Of a DNA stretch of 64,000 nt, positions 35,280-48,111 are shown in pieces. The notes below the pieces were generated by a model. That model did not search any database and was not told the origin of the DNA. It saw nothing but the letters and a program-made list of their open reading frames with translations. The stretch is from Camelus dromedarius (Eukaryota). Each line of letters starts with the position of its first letter. Positions within the stretch are counted from its first letter, which is position 1. A program made the position numbers and the translations under genes. The stretch covers positions 59,086,001 to 59,150,000 of the forward strand of contig NC_087437.1 in the NCBI RefSeq assembly GCF_036321535.1, written 5' to 3'.

Positions 35280-35730
35280 GGGCCTGTTGCCACGGGGAGG
35301 CTTGTGGAGTTACTATCCTCTCTTTGCCTCTGTTTTCTCATCTGTCAAATGGGAGTTGGATAATAGCACACTCCTCCTGGGACCGCTGTGAATACTGAAT
35401 GACTAGATACTTGTTAAGCACCTACAGCAGGGCCTGGCTCTGGTTAAGTGCCATAAAACATTTGCTATCAGTAAAGCATATGAAACACCCTGAAGTATCT
35501 CGTGCCATCAACCGAAACTACATCTCTACAGAACTTCACTGCTCACAAAGCACTTTCACAGACACCATTTCGTTTGAGCTTCATAATAGCCCTTGGAGAT
35601 AAAACCTAGGCTTATTCCCATTGGACAGGTGGGAAAACTGAGGCTCAGTTCATGGTGATGAAGGCAGTTAATGGCCAAGCCTGCACCAGGGTCAGGTGTT
35701 CTGATCCATCCCAAGTCCTCTCCACTGTAC
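35280..35730. mobile_element. Two MIRs in convergent orientation (+ 35280-35470, - 35525-35730)
   Basis: gcctctgttttctcatctgtcaaatggg; ggacaggtgggaaaactgaggctcag. Confidence 0.75.
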
Positions 35731-36599
35731 CAAGGCTGTCCTTTAGGGATGAGTCTGAGGCTAAAATTAGATCCTCAAAAACTTGAATTTGTCTCTTTGC
35801 ACATTGTGACCAGCACCCATTTCCCCTGCTGGTGAATGCTAACTGCATGCATCTGGAGCTGACACGTGATTCAGTCCCCACCCTAGGCAGGAGGAGGGCT
35901 CGGGGCTCAGCCCAGCCAGGCCCCCTCCTGTGGCCTAGGAGCTTGTCACGACTAAATACGGTTTGTTTTTTGTTTGTTTGTTTGTTTCACTATGCATATT
36001 AATAAATATTCTTTATTTTAAATTTTGCACATTGCACTTTAACATTACTTCCAAACATTTTGCAAGCAGATATTTACTTTGTAAAACCATGTGTTCAGTT
36101 CATTGTCATTTCTGTTCTGAACTATGAGGACCACATTACTTTTTGCCACTAAGTTGCTTTAGGAAGTCTCACAGGAAGAGACACATGTCATGAAAAGAGG
36201 TGGCTTAAATCCTACGGCAGGCCTGCGCAGCCACACAATGAGAGACACAAGCCAGAAGAAAGGGTAAACTAATGAGGTTACCTCCATTGTCTCCCAAAAC
36301 AAGAAAGAATCCCATTGATTTAAGAGAAAATTTTGTCATAAGTCACATGGCCTGCCAGCAGGGCTGAGGAAACGCAGCAGACGGGGGCCACCCCCAGGCT
36401 GTAACTCAGGAAGGAAGCCCCTTCCAAGCCTCTGCGGGGCGAGGGCCGTGCAAGTGGGTCCCCAAACCCCAGCCCAGGACTCCAAACCAGCTCCTCTCAG
36501 GAGAGGTCCTTGGGCAGCAGGGCGGGTGCCCCTCTTAGTGTTTTCTTCCTGAGGACAGGCCTGGGGATGCTGGGCAGTACGAATGTTCGTTAATACTAA

Positions 36600-36750
36600 T
36601 CACAAAACCCGCCATGTACTGAATGCGAGGCATTGCGCCAAGCACGGAGAACACATTTCTCATTCAGACACTCCTCATTCACAATATACTGTGAAGCAGG
36701 TACTGCTTTTTATTCAAACAGAAATTTAGGAAGTGAGCCGTGGATGCCTC
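36600..36750 (-). mobile_element. MIR fragment
   Basis: tactgaatgcgaggcattgcgccaagcac...ctcacaatatactgtgaagcaggtact-like segment. Confidence 0.5.
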
Positions 36751-37384
36751 CATCCACATCCCGGTCCCCCATCCCGCCCTCCAGAGGCGGGCGTCGTTCG
36801 CAGTCTGTGTCTTCTCCCTGACGCGGGTCTGTGTTTAATCAGCATTATATATACACACCCACCCGTGTGCGCACACATACACACACAACACACACACACA
36901 TAGCTTGCTTGTTTTTATGAAAATAGGATCATATTTTATTGAGCAACTTGCTTCTTTCACATATTCATCTATCTTTTTCTAGTCCCATACCTATAAATAT
37001 GTGAGAGACCATAAGGAAACCTGGAATAAGCAAAAAAGATTGCTGAGTGTCTCTAAGAGAAAAGTCTGTGTTGTTTAGAGCACACCCTTGCGGGTTATCT
37101 AATCCAGCCTCTGAGTTCCTTCTGCAGCTCTGTAAGTTGTGGGGAGCAAAGGACACACAGGGATTCTTGACTCAGGACACACAAATCAGCTGGATAGACT
37201 CTGTCCCTCTGCAAAACCCAGTTCACTGTGTCCACTTGAAAACGCATTTCAAGATTTCTGGCCTGCTCGTGTGTCTGTTTTTAGGATTCTTCTTTGAACC
37301 AGTGTAACATCTCCCCACTCCACTCGTTAACAGTAAGTTGAAACCACTCACGTGTGTTCATTTGTTATCTGTCTGAGGGTTATG

Positions 37385-37780
37385 ATTTACCTTCTTTGAA
37401 GATCCTATGTTAACAACAGGTATGACTTTCTCTACCATAGAAATGGGGAGACTAAGACTCAGAAAGATTCAGCAAACTGCTCCAGGTAACGTCACTGGGG
37501 AAGAGCAGAGTCTGGATTCAAACACAGGTTGGCCTGCCCTGCAGTTACCACGCCATCCCGCCAGGATAATTTTAAAGGATTGGGCACTAGCACTCTGCCA
37601 GATTCTAGTCTAGATGTTTTAGGTATGTTAGTTCATTTAACCCTCCCCTCCCCCTATGAAGTGAGTGTGAGCCGTGCTAACCCCACCTTACAAAAGAGCA
37701 AACTGGGCACAGAAAGGGCAAGTAGTCAAAGTGGGATGCAGAGCCAGGCACGGAAGCTGAAGCTCTTAGCGGGCCCTTGT
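37385..37780 (-). mobile_element. Two tandem MIR copies
   Basis: tagaaatggggagactaagactcagaaag...ggattcaaacacagg; ttagttcatttaaccctc...cttacaaaagagcaaactgggcacagaaagg. Confidence 0.65.
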
Positions 37781-37907
37781 CCCTCCCATATCCCTCTCCC
37801 TCTATCTGTGTCTTAGTAAACTGAAGCCATCACAGTTCGCCATTTGGATGATTATCTGTAAGGTAACATCGCAAAGAAACCTCAGTCTTGACAGGACCTC
37901 GAGGCAG

Positions 37908-38392
37908 AGTATTCCTTTTCCAGGACTAAGTGCCACAAACTGGGTGTCTTAAGACAGCAAAAATTTATTCTCTCACAGTTTTGGAGGCTAGAGGTCTGAG
38001 ATCAAGGTGTTGGCAGGGCCCCCGATCCCTTGGACAGCTCTACAGAGAATCCTTCCTGTCTCTGCTAACTTCCAGTGTTTGCTGGCCATCCTTGGCCTTC
38101 CTTGGCTTAGTGATGCATCTTTCCAATCCTCTGTCCTTACATGGCATTCTCCTGGTGTGTCTCTGTGTCTCTTCACATCGTCTTTCCTCTGTGCCTGTCT
38201 GTCTTTGTGTCCAAAATTCCCTTTTTACAAGGACACTGGTTATACTGAATTAGGGCCCACCCAAAGACCTCATCTTAACTTGGTTAAATCTGCAAAGATC
38301 CTATTTCCAAACAAGGTCGCATTCTGAGGCAGTGTTAAGGCCTCAATGTCTCTTTTGGGGAGTTTGGTAGGGAGACAATTCAACCCATAACG
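37908..38392 (-). mobile_element. MaLR solo LTR (MLT1B/C-like)
   Basis: ccacaaactgggtgtcttaagacagcaaaaatttattctctcacagttttggaggctagagg...acaattcaacccataac; TSD ggcag/agcag. Confidence 0.92.
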
Positions 38393-38699
38393 AGCAGCAC
38401 ACTGGAGTCCAGCCTCTCCCAGAGTGTGCTCCAGGCGTGCTGTTCTCAAAGAAGCTCTGTAGAGGAAAGGCCCTGAGGTCTCAGATTTAGAAACCCCTGC
38501 ACCCTGCATGCTAGATGCCACTGTAGTGACTCTTAGAGGTCATTAGCATGCAAACCCCCTGAAAAGAGCTGCAGGAAGAAGTCTCTTGACTCTGTTCAAG
38601 TTGGCATTTCCCAAACTTATTTGAGCATGGAATTTTTTTTGGAGAAAGGGGTTGTGTTAATTAGCACTCCATGGAACACACTTGGGGAAATTCACACGA

Positions 38700-38835
38700 C
38701 TAGAGCATGACCTTGAAACTGGAGAGAACTAGACATGCATCATGACCCTGCTAGAACTGAATATGTGACCTTGGGCAATTTATTTTCCTCTCTGAGTCTC
38801 AGTTTCCTCATCTGTAAAATGGGAGTGAAAATTCC
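38700..38835 (+). mobile_element. MIR SINE
   Basis: tgtgaccttgggcaatttattttcctctctgagtctcagtttcctcatctgtaaaatggg. Confidence 0.85.
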
Positions 38836-38839
38836 TAAT

Positions 38840-39200
38840 TAATTACTTTGGGTAGGTTCACTACTATAACAAACAGATCCCCTAAAGTATAATGGCTTGG
38901 AAACGAGAGGATATAAGTTTACTTCGTGCTCACGACTGGGCAGGGAGCCTACTGGCTGGGCAGTTTTTCTCCACACAGGCATTCAGATCCCCAGGCTGAT
39001 AGATGTTCCGTGATTTTAAATCTGTGGTTTCCAAGGTCACCCTGGGGGTTGTCCCTAGTCCATCCAGGCAGAAGGGGATAGAGTTTAGAGAAGGCTTCCT
39101 GGGAGGTTTTTATGGGCCAGGCTCTGAAGTGAAGCAACTCACTTCTGCTCACAATCCATTGGTCAGAACCCAGTCGTTGGGCTGCAGCTGTCTATAAAGG
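38840..39200 (-). mobile_element. MaLR LTR (MLT1J/K-like)
   Basis: gggtaggttcactactataacaaacagatccc...tcacttctgctcacaatccattggtcagaac. Confidence 0.7.
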
Positions 39201-41184
39201 GGGTTAAAGATACGATCCACGGATGAGCAGCTACTTCCCGGCAAGAACTCCGGGAAGAAGGGACTTCTGGAGGAAGGTCTGCCATCTCTGTCACGCTTAC
39301 CTTGCAGGCGTGACCTGAGGATTGAGACTTTGACATATGCAAAGTCCTTAGCATCACAGACAACTGAATAGATGGCAACCGTTTAAAAAGGAAAAAGACA
39401 TGAAAGGGAAACACCTTGAGGGATGAAACCGGAAACAGACACCAGGGCAGGGCAGACATGTGGGCCCCCTTCACTTCTTTCTTCCCAAGGCATCCTGGTG
39501 GCCACTGTCTGATGTGTGGCAGGGAAAGAGGTGCAGAAGTCCTCAGGGTGTCATTCAACCCTGAGCAGCTCCCCCTACCTCACTTCCTTTCCAACCAGAT
39601 GGAGCAGCGCGCGCTCCAGAGTCTTGACAGCCTCACAGTTTCCCGGCGGTGGCCCCCAGGACTGCAAACCCCACCTTCCCGCGGCTGCAGAGCCAGCTGA
39701 GGGATGGGCAGCAAGCCAGACCCCCTCAGCAGCCCCTGGAACACACGCCAGTTGCAGACTCTCAGGACGGTGGAGGGAGGGGCAGGGCTCTCCCCAGAAC
39801 ACCACGATCACGGCCTCCCTGGCCAAGGCCTCCAGACACCAGCAACCCAGGGCTTGGTCCTGCTCCTGGCTTCCCCAGCTACCTGGCCACATAGCCCAGG
39901 TGAGAACCATCTCTAGACCTCCAGTCTCTGGACTCCATTGGTCCACAAGGGACCCTACAAGGTCAGGAGAGCAAGTGCTCTGCCTTCCGAGAATGCCTGC
40001 TTTAAGTCCACATTAATTATTAAAACAACTGAACCTCAAATCCTAGCCGCAACTCCACAATACAAACACAGTTCCGACAGATGTCTCCTCGCAGCCCCCT
40101 CCCCACCTTTCTTGCATGTAAATAAGCTTTCAGAGCTGCCATCAATGTGTACATACAACTCTGCTTTCCACTCTTCTCACTCCGCTTTGTATACACTTTC
40201 CCATGGTTCTGGGTCATTCTGGTGTTGAATATTTCACAGGACTGCAAAATATATGGAAGACATATTTTGTTTTAGGATCTTAATACCCAGAACATCTGGG
40301 TAAGACCCTGACAACTGGAGAGATTCTTGCTGATGCTGCGGGTCTCCAAATACAAGTCCCCTTGCAGACAGAAAATGCCGCGTTTTGCATCTGTACATAC
40401 ACACATGGGTTTTCCTCAGCACAGTGGACTGTGGGGTGTGACGGTTTGTGATTTCTTCCCTGGAAGTGGCATGGCCTACAGGAGTTACCCTTGGCTAGGG
40501 TTGTGAGCGCAGCCCAAATTTATTGGTTTTGATCCCCGCACCATCCCCTGCGTAAATTAAAATGTGACATTATTACACCCTCCAACAGCCCACTGGTGAC
40601 CTTTAGCACTCTCCCCCCTCTGCAGCCATTATTCAGCATAATTTGACTGGTTTGAGGCAAGTTGGGAGGGTGGGGAGGAGTGGGTGGAGGCAGGGGAAGG
40701 CAGAGTCCAAATTAGAAACAGATTTAAAGAGCATTTGCAGGGAATTAGGCAGTGGGCCAGGAGCGCTTGCTGGCAGCACGTGTAACCCCTCTTTAGGGAC
40801 TGTCAGCTCCTCCTAGGTTTCCACAGCGGATGTTTCCCGGCCAGAGCGCAGCTGGGTTTCAGTTGTCAAACCTACAGCCAAGACATCTGAGAAGGGGGAG
40901 AGCGCCTGCGTGCACGCACGCGTACAAGCCCAGGCCACATTCGCACACGCCCGTTCCCCCAAGGATGCCCCTACACAGTCCCACACACCCACACCTGCAG
41001 AGGCACACTCTGAACCATCCACGCACTCCCAGACGTGCAGAGGCGTGGAGAACGCAGGTGCCTATGGAGAAAATCAGATGGGCACACTGACACCTGTACA
41101 CGCACAGACTTGGGCTGTGCCCAGGCTGACACTAAGAGGAATTCCAGAGCACGAATCTCAATCCACACCACCCCCACCGCCACC

Positions 41185-41330
41185 CACAGGGCTGGCTGTG
41201 TGACCTTGGGCTAGCCCTTCAACCTCTCTGAACTTCTGTGTCTTCAACTCTGAGGTAGAAATAATGGCAGCTGTGATGATCAAAATGAGATAATAAAGGT
41301 GAATACCTGGCTAAACAGATGTGAGAAATG
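41185..41330 (+). mobile_element. MIR SINE
   Basis: gctgtgtgaccttgggctagcccttcaacctctctgaact. Confidence 0.7.
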
Positions 41331-41424
41331 GCGAGGGGATGGTGGTGATGATAGCGGTGAAGATAACTAGTCTTTGGTTCACATCCTTTCTAGAGGAGAC
41401 AGAAAGCACTTCTCTGACTTAATT

Positions 41425-41610
41425 CTTACTTTGATAAAAAAGGGTGTGGGGCCCTTTATATCACATGGGGAGAGCAAGGGCCCCTGTGGCCGGGGAGCGC
41501 ACGGCCCGCCAGCTCCCTCGGCGCAGCCCTGCGGGCCCACAGCCTGGCTGGCTGCCCGCCCGGGGCAGTGGGCACGTCCAGCAGGGCGCTGGGACCCGCA
41601 GCTCTGCCCT
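41425..41610. promoter_or_regulatory. GC-rich regulatory element with GATA and KLF/CACCC motifs
   Basis: TGATAA 41432-41437, GGGTGTGGG 41442-41450, minus-strand TATAAAG 41454-41460, followed by a CpG-rich stretch. Confidence 0.4.
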
Positions 41611-42269
41611 CCCCTCCCCCTCCCTCCCACACCTCTGGTTCCTCTGCTGTTCCTGCCACACCGTCTCCTCCTTCACCCCCATTCTTGGTGAGAAATGTCT
41701 CCCCTTTTCTCCAGGCACACTCACCTTTGGGACTTCCCTCCAGTCTTCCTAATTCCCAGAGCCCCCCTCCTCCTTGAATCCCTTTGGTTTCTGATCCATC
41801 CAAGGAAACCATCTGCCCTTTCCTGGGGACCTACCATGCACAAACAAGTCCTTGTTCTGGGTGCTGCTGGGGTGGGTAGGGGAGGGTGGTCAGACATGAA
41901 TTAGATGTCACCCCTGCCTGGGGGTTCACAGCCCAGTGAGGGGATCAGCCTAGCACAAAACACTATAGGAGACCTAGTCAGAAAAGGCCAGGGCGTGAGT
42001 ACTGGACAGACCCCGGGAGGTCAAACCTGCGATGCACATCCTACTGTGCAAGTCAGGATGTTCTGAACAAAGTGCTCCAATATGGGCCAAGAACCGAGAC
42101 GGGCGATGCCAGGGCCCAGATACAAACTTCCAGTGGAGCTGGTCCCGAGGCTCATGGACTGCACTGCACATCAGAGTGGCCAGTGGCAAAACCCAGATGG
42201 ATGGAGTGAGGGACTGAAGGAGACATCAGGATGGCAAGGAATGAGGTGGAGAAACAGGCATTTCTAGAC

Positions 42270-43040
42270 GTTCATTTAGTCCACAAATATTTAAGGAGCA
42301 CCTCCTGTGTGCGGAGTGCTGGGAATGCAATGACTAGTAAAATACAGGTGCTGTTTCCGGGAACTTAGTGTCAGGTGAGAACAATGGACACACAAAGAGG
42401 CGATGCCAGTGTGTGGGAGATGGGCTCTGCAGGAAAAGGCTAGGCGTGCGTGCTCGGAAGCACAGAGGAGCCATCTTATTCAGACAGGAGAACAAGAGAA
42501 GGCTTCCGGCAGAGGTGGATGTACATGGAGCCAAGAGGAGTTCAGGACGGTTGCCAGGTAAAGGGTAAGCTGGAGTGCGGGGAGAGAAGAGACTAGAGAG
42601 ATCGTCATGGAAGGTCTACGCCGGTCCAATCACTCTCTCATTCACTGATTCAATACTATGAGCAATCACTTGACAGGTCCTCTGCTGGGTGCTGAGACTG
42701 CGATGGTGAGCAAGACAGACACAGGTGGTGGAACTAAGATTGTAGCAGTGGGAATGGAGAGTAATAGAAAGCTTTGAGAGATAGACAACTTTAACTGGAT
42801 GCTGGTGGGGTGTGGGGCAGGGAATGATTTAAGCTGATTATCAAGTTTCTAGCTGGATGCTGAGCGGCGGAGGTGCCCTTCCCTGCAGAGGAGGACCACA
42901 TAAATGGAAGCAGGTTGAGCGGGCTGAGAAATGATGAATTTGCACCCATTTTGCCTGTTTGCAAAGGCCAGCAGGACAGTGGCAACACCCAGCATCTAAG
43001 CTGGGCTGTGCAATGAGAGCTGGAGGCCATCCAGACTGGA
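42270..43040 (-). mobile_element. L2 fragments
   Basis: ttcatttagtccacaaatatttaaggagcacctcctgtgtg; tcattcactgattcaatactatgagc; gatgatgaatt-like purine-rich body. Confidence 0.7.
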
Positions 43041-44382
43041 GTCAAACCACAGCTGAAAACACAGGGAGCATTCGAGAAGGTGGCAAGAGATTAGCCAGCT
43101 GCCAGGGCCCCAGCTCAAAAGGGTAGGCTCTCAGGACAGAGTTCTGGTCCTCGAGGGGAACTGGAGGACTAAAAGCAAAACGTCAGCTGGGTCCAGGTGC
43201 GGGGATTGTGGTAGCAATACGAAGGCCAGGCCCCTTCTGCTGGTGGACTGAGGCCCAGCTGCCTGAAGCGTCTGGATGAAGCTGAGGATGCTGGGAAGGA
43301 GACAGCAGCACTCCCGTGGTAATGCTCTGTGTTAGGTCTGCCCCACAGCACTCACACGGAGCTGGTCAGACAGTAAGTGCTCAGCAAACACCGTCCTAGG
43401 AGCACGTGGACACTCAGCAGAAAGCAGAGACTCGTGATGCTGAATACGGCACTGGGCCCCAACTGGGCCCTCACCGAGTCCTCTTTGAATTGAATTGGAG
43501 CTGCTGGCCCCTTTCAGCTGCATTAGGAGAAAGCCCCATTTGTTTAATATCCCCTATAAAGATGGCAGCTTTTAGTGCCAAACTTTACCCTGCTGAAGAT
43601 AGGTCAGAGCCTTAAAGCTTACACTCTTTGAAATCCCAGACCTTAGCCTTACAACAGGGTTGCCTAAAAATACTGCCATTTTGATGAAGTCCAGGCTGAC
43701 TGCTTAAAACAAATACCTAGGTGTCACAAACTGGGCCGAAGTTTAGGTCCTGGAATAAATGAGGACAAATAGCCAACTAAAGATGGAAAGAGAGAATTTC
43801 CAATGCTAAAACTTATCCCCTTAAGATAGGCCTCCACTGAAGAGGTAACTTTCAAAAGTTTGTGCCAAAGAAAGGCTGTTTAATCAGCAAATAAGACAGA
43901 GTGCAAGGCCAGCCTGGAGTGATTGGATCCAAAATATTTCCCCTTGCTAAAAAGTATCGGAAGCTTGCAACTTGGGAGAGATCTCATCCAGCTGCACCGC
44001 AGGACAGAGGTTATGGGCGGCCCTGCTGCAGGAGGGCCCTGTTTGCAAGCATACCCCCCCACATACCATGGGGGTGACCTGCGCCAACGCGGTGGGGCTG
44101 AGCCTCCCCAGCAGTTCACCGCGGCACGGGGCACAAGGGCCAGCACCTTTCCTGTAATCCCAGGGCCACCCTCAGTGACGTGGCTCAGCTCAGCTGATCC
44201 CTCAGGCTGGAGGAGAGGTAGCCTTGCCCGAGGTCTCCAGCTCAGTGGTGGTGAAGCTGAGGTACGAACCCAGGTCTCTGGCTCCAGCTCTGAAACTGCC
44301 TCATCTGTGCTGTGAACATGAGCTATGAGCAAACTCAACCTCATCTGCCTATATTGCTCATCATACAAAAAGCATCTCTTGT

Positions 44383-44497
44383 GGGGGAGCGTATAGCTCA
44401 GTGGTAGACTGTGTGCTTAGCAATCCCCAGTATCTCCATTACAAATAAATAAACCTAACTACCTGCCCTCCCCTCCAAAAAAAGTTTACAAACAATA
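44383..44497 (+). mobile_element. Vic-1-type SINE with a 20-nt internal deletion removing the B box
   Basis: gggggagcgtatagctcagtggtagactgtgtgcttagc^aatccccagtatctcc; degenerate TSD aaaaag..tcttgt. Confidence 0.9.
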
Positions 44498-45514
44498 AAA
44501 AAGTCTTCTTGTCATGTCTATTATCCTCCAAGGAGTAGATTTATCTAGAAAAAATGATTATAAAGCATTTTGCATATATGAAAAGGATATTAGATAGATA
44601 GATAGCAATATACAGAGGCATGGATTCAACCAAGTACATCACACTTCTGGTTCACAGCTGGTGCCACTTGGTCTCAATTAATTCTGTGCTAAGATTAAAA
44701 TTGATTTTGTAATATATACTCTACTGACCACATCACAGGTTGTTTTTAAAATATTTTCAGAAAAATAAATTCTTTTATTATCACATCCTTGGAGTTTGAA
44801 ATCGATCTGCATTAAAATATTAAACTTAATATGTTTCAGTTAATGAACAATAAAGTAAATGGGAAAAGTATGAAAAAAACAAAAAGAATTGCAAAAAAAC
44901 CTCCTTATCTCTTCCCAGATGCTGGGTCAGGAAGATCTCCATTGGAACCTGAGGTGACCTGAGGTTGTCACGGAGATAGAAAATGTGAGGAAAACATAAA
45001 CAACTAAAAGATGGACTGAATGTGGTGGATCCTAGGACTGAAGTGAGCAGTCCAGGCTCGTATCACACGCCCCAGGGTGTGTGGTCCCTGACAGACTGAG
45101 AATAGAACCAGCCGCCACCGGGATGGGAGTGGGCTGGCGGACTTCCTGCCTTTTGGTCAGACAGACGGCCTTCCTGAATTATGAGGTCTAGGAAGAAGTG
45201 GTGATGGGTGGGGGCGGGTGGAGAAGGGACACGTGTCACACACAACCCCCTCTTCCTAGCTGCCCCCTCACTTCCCCTCTTGCAGACCAGCTACCTAATC
45301 TGCAACACGCCGAGATGGTATCTGGGAGCTCTAACGGCTCTGAAATCCCACAGTTCTCTAATTCAGACACGAGACCAGTGGGTAAGAGACAGGAAAAAGC
45401 CCAGGCCGACACCCAGTGCTCAGTGTCATAGGTAACACAGCCAGTGTGGGGGTCGAGGATTCACACAATAGCTGCTGTGTGTGGAGCACTTTGCATGCAC
45501 TCAAAAGAGGATGC

Positions 45515-45670
45515 ATAGCGCAGGGAACTATATTCAGTATCTTGTAGTAACCTATGATGAAAAAGAACATGAAAATGAATATATGTATGCATATGCAAGA
45601 CTGACACAGTGAGCTACACACCAGAAATTGATACAATATTGTAAACTGACTATAGCTCAATTTTTTTAAA
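45515..45670 (+). mobile_element. L1 3' terminus fragment
   Basis: atagcgcagggaactatattcagtatcttgtagtaacctat...acaccagaaattgatacaatattgtaaactgactat. Confidence 0.88.
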
Positions 45671-46041
45671 AAGGTGATGTGCCTCTCTGCACGGTCATGG
45701 TTTGTGCCCATGTGGACATTACTAGCATCAGTGGGAAGACTCAGCTTACACAGGTGGGCCCACCAGGTGTCCAGCCCTGAACCCCGGTCTCTCTTCATCT
45801 CCCTACACTGGACACTGGCCTATTTACAGAGGTGTAAGTCCACGTAAAGCTAACCTTTATCCTTACACTCTTCCTTACACTGGGAGGAGTGGGAGAAACA
45901 CTAACCCCCATCTCCCTTCTCCCCAGAGGAGGAGGATTTGTCTGACAGGTGGGTTTGGGAGAGGAACCTGTAGCCTGCAGGGGGCAGCCTTCTGGGCTGG
46001 GCCAGTTTATCCAAAAAAATCATCATTTCTCTGTTCAAAAC

Positions 46042-46079
46042 CCACATGTGGCTAGTGGCTACTGTACTGGACAGTGCAG
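46042..46079 (+). mobile_element. MER3/MER33 terminal fragment
   Basis: ccacatgtggctagtggctactgtactggacagtgcag. Confidence 0.75.
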
Positions 46080-46114
46080 TCTTAAAGGCTGAATGTCTGA
46101 TGTCCTGTGTCCCA

Positions 46115-46420
46115 GCTTGAAGACTTCCAGGGGAGGAGAGGTCCCCACCTTTGGAATCACCCTAGTTACTTGCTGGGCACCTCTGGTTGCTAGAAACATC
46201 TCCACATCAAGCTGATATCCACCTCCTTATAATTTCCCACTTCTGATTCTAGCCATGCCCTCTGGACTACCTCACCCCCTTGACAGCTCTTCTAATATTT
46301 GAAGACAGGAGAGCACACACTCCTTAATCCCCAGCGTCTGGCTCGCCTCAGGGTTAAACAGCCCCCGTGACTTCTGCTATTCCTCATAAGACCTGGTTTC
46401 TTGACCCCTCACCAGCTCAT
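46115..46420 (-). mobile_element. L3/CR1 fragment
   Basis: cccttgacagctcttctaatatttgaagacag...cagggttaaacagccc. Confidence 0.6.
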
Positions 46421-47330
46421 CCTCCGTTGGACCCTGGTCCTCCACTCAACTTGTCTGAGAGACAGAACAGAACAGTGCCCCCAGAAAGGTTCTGTCTATT
46501 TTTAAACACCTCCCTGCTGTCTCCTTGAGTCAGTGCCCAGCACTGGTATTGTCTGGTTGGACAGAGCTTCCCGTTTTTTCCTCACTTGAGAACACCAGAT
46601 TTATAACCAAATCGTGGACACCTGTTGTTTTCTGACTACCCAGTAGCCAATCTTCCTCATTTAGAAGAATCCCCAAATAGGTGAGCGCTAGGGCCCTGCC
46701 TCCCATGATGCAGGCTGGAAGGAAACAGACTTACACTCTCTACACCTCAGACTCAGGCCTGAGTGGATGGAGTGAGATCCGCCCCAGCTGTGATGCACTC
46801 GATTCTTGAGTTTCTCGTTTATTCTTTCTGATGACTGAGAGATGTGGCTGAAAGTACAATAGAGGTCCAGAACATCAGGCAACCTTCCCACTGCCAACTC
46901 TTCTAAACAGTTCCCCAAAAGGAATTCCAAATCCACCTCGAGGCTCTGAACCCAGATCAATTCTCTAAAACCGAGCCCAAGACTGAGATAAAAGACTTGC
47001 TCCTCTCCCTGCTGTTACGAGGACAACCACTTCCACGGCCACCCCGGAGAGGAGCCCCGAGGCCCTGGACGTGTGTGGTGGCAGAGAACAGCACAGGACT
47101 TGGAGTCGGGACAACCTGGGCCTCATCCCAGCTCGGCCCCTGATGTTGAGGGGCCCTGGGCAAACAGCTTTCCTACCCTGGGTCTTGGGCTTTCCATGAG
47201 GAAAAGAAAGCACTGAGTGATTTTTAAGGTTCTTTTTTATTCTGATGCTCTGTGACTCTGAACCCTGTAGAAGTTATTTCCTGGAGTTCCTACTTACTGT
47301 TTTTCCCCTTCTTTCTGGCTTTTGTATTAA

Positions 47331-47507
47331 NNNNNNNNNNNNNNNNNNNNNNNNNNNNNNNNNNNNNNNNNNNNNNNNNNNNNNNNNNNNNNNNNNNNNN
47401 NNNNNNNNNNNNNNNNNNNNNNNNNNNNNNNNNNNNNNNNNNNNNNNNNNNNNNNNNNNNNNNNNNNNNNNNNNNNNNNNNNNNNNNNNNNNNNNNNNNN
47501 NNNNNNN
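47331..47507. other. N-run, 177 nt, abutting an L1MB 3' end
   Basis: Direct observation. Confidence 0.99.
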
Positions 47508-47757
47508 ATATGAAATGTTCAGACTAGGCAGATCGATAGTGACATAAAGTGAACTAGGGTTGCCTAGGACCAGCAGGAAATGGGGAGTGACTGCCAACAG
47601 GTGCAGGATTTTTTTTTAGGGGGATGAATATGTTCTGAAATTGATTTTGGTGATGGTTGCCCAACTCTGTGAATATACAAAAAAACTTGATCTGTGCAAC
47701 TGAAATCAGTGAATTGTATGGCATGTGAATGGTATCTCAATAAAGCTGTGAAAAAAT
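47508..47757 (+). mobile_element. L1MB-like 3' end
   Basis: atatgaaatgttcagactaggcagatc...ggtgatggttgcccaactctgtgaatata...tatctcaataaagctg. Confidence 0.9.
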
Positions 47758-48111
47758 CAGGCAACAAGTTTCAGAGAAACCTGATGTATTTTAAAGCTGT
47801 GCTCATGGCATTGAAGGATAGCCTTGAAAATTAAATCCATTCATAACCCAACCATTTTAGTTGTTTGATTTTTAAAGCCTCTCCCTTAGTCAATTAACCA
47901 AAATTAATTTATTTGTTTAAATGTAACTTCTTTAAAATTGCCTCTCCACGGAAGGTCTAACTAGCAGTCTAATGTGATCAGGAAAAGGAAAGATGGGGTC
48001 TGACAAGTTTCCACACTTGATTCCAGAATGTTCACTGGGGGTAGCTTCTCTTTTCTCTAGACTTTTTATGAGATTCTAATGGAAACTGTCATCTGAAGAA
48101 GCATTATAGGA

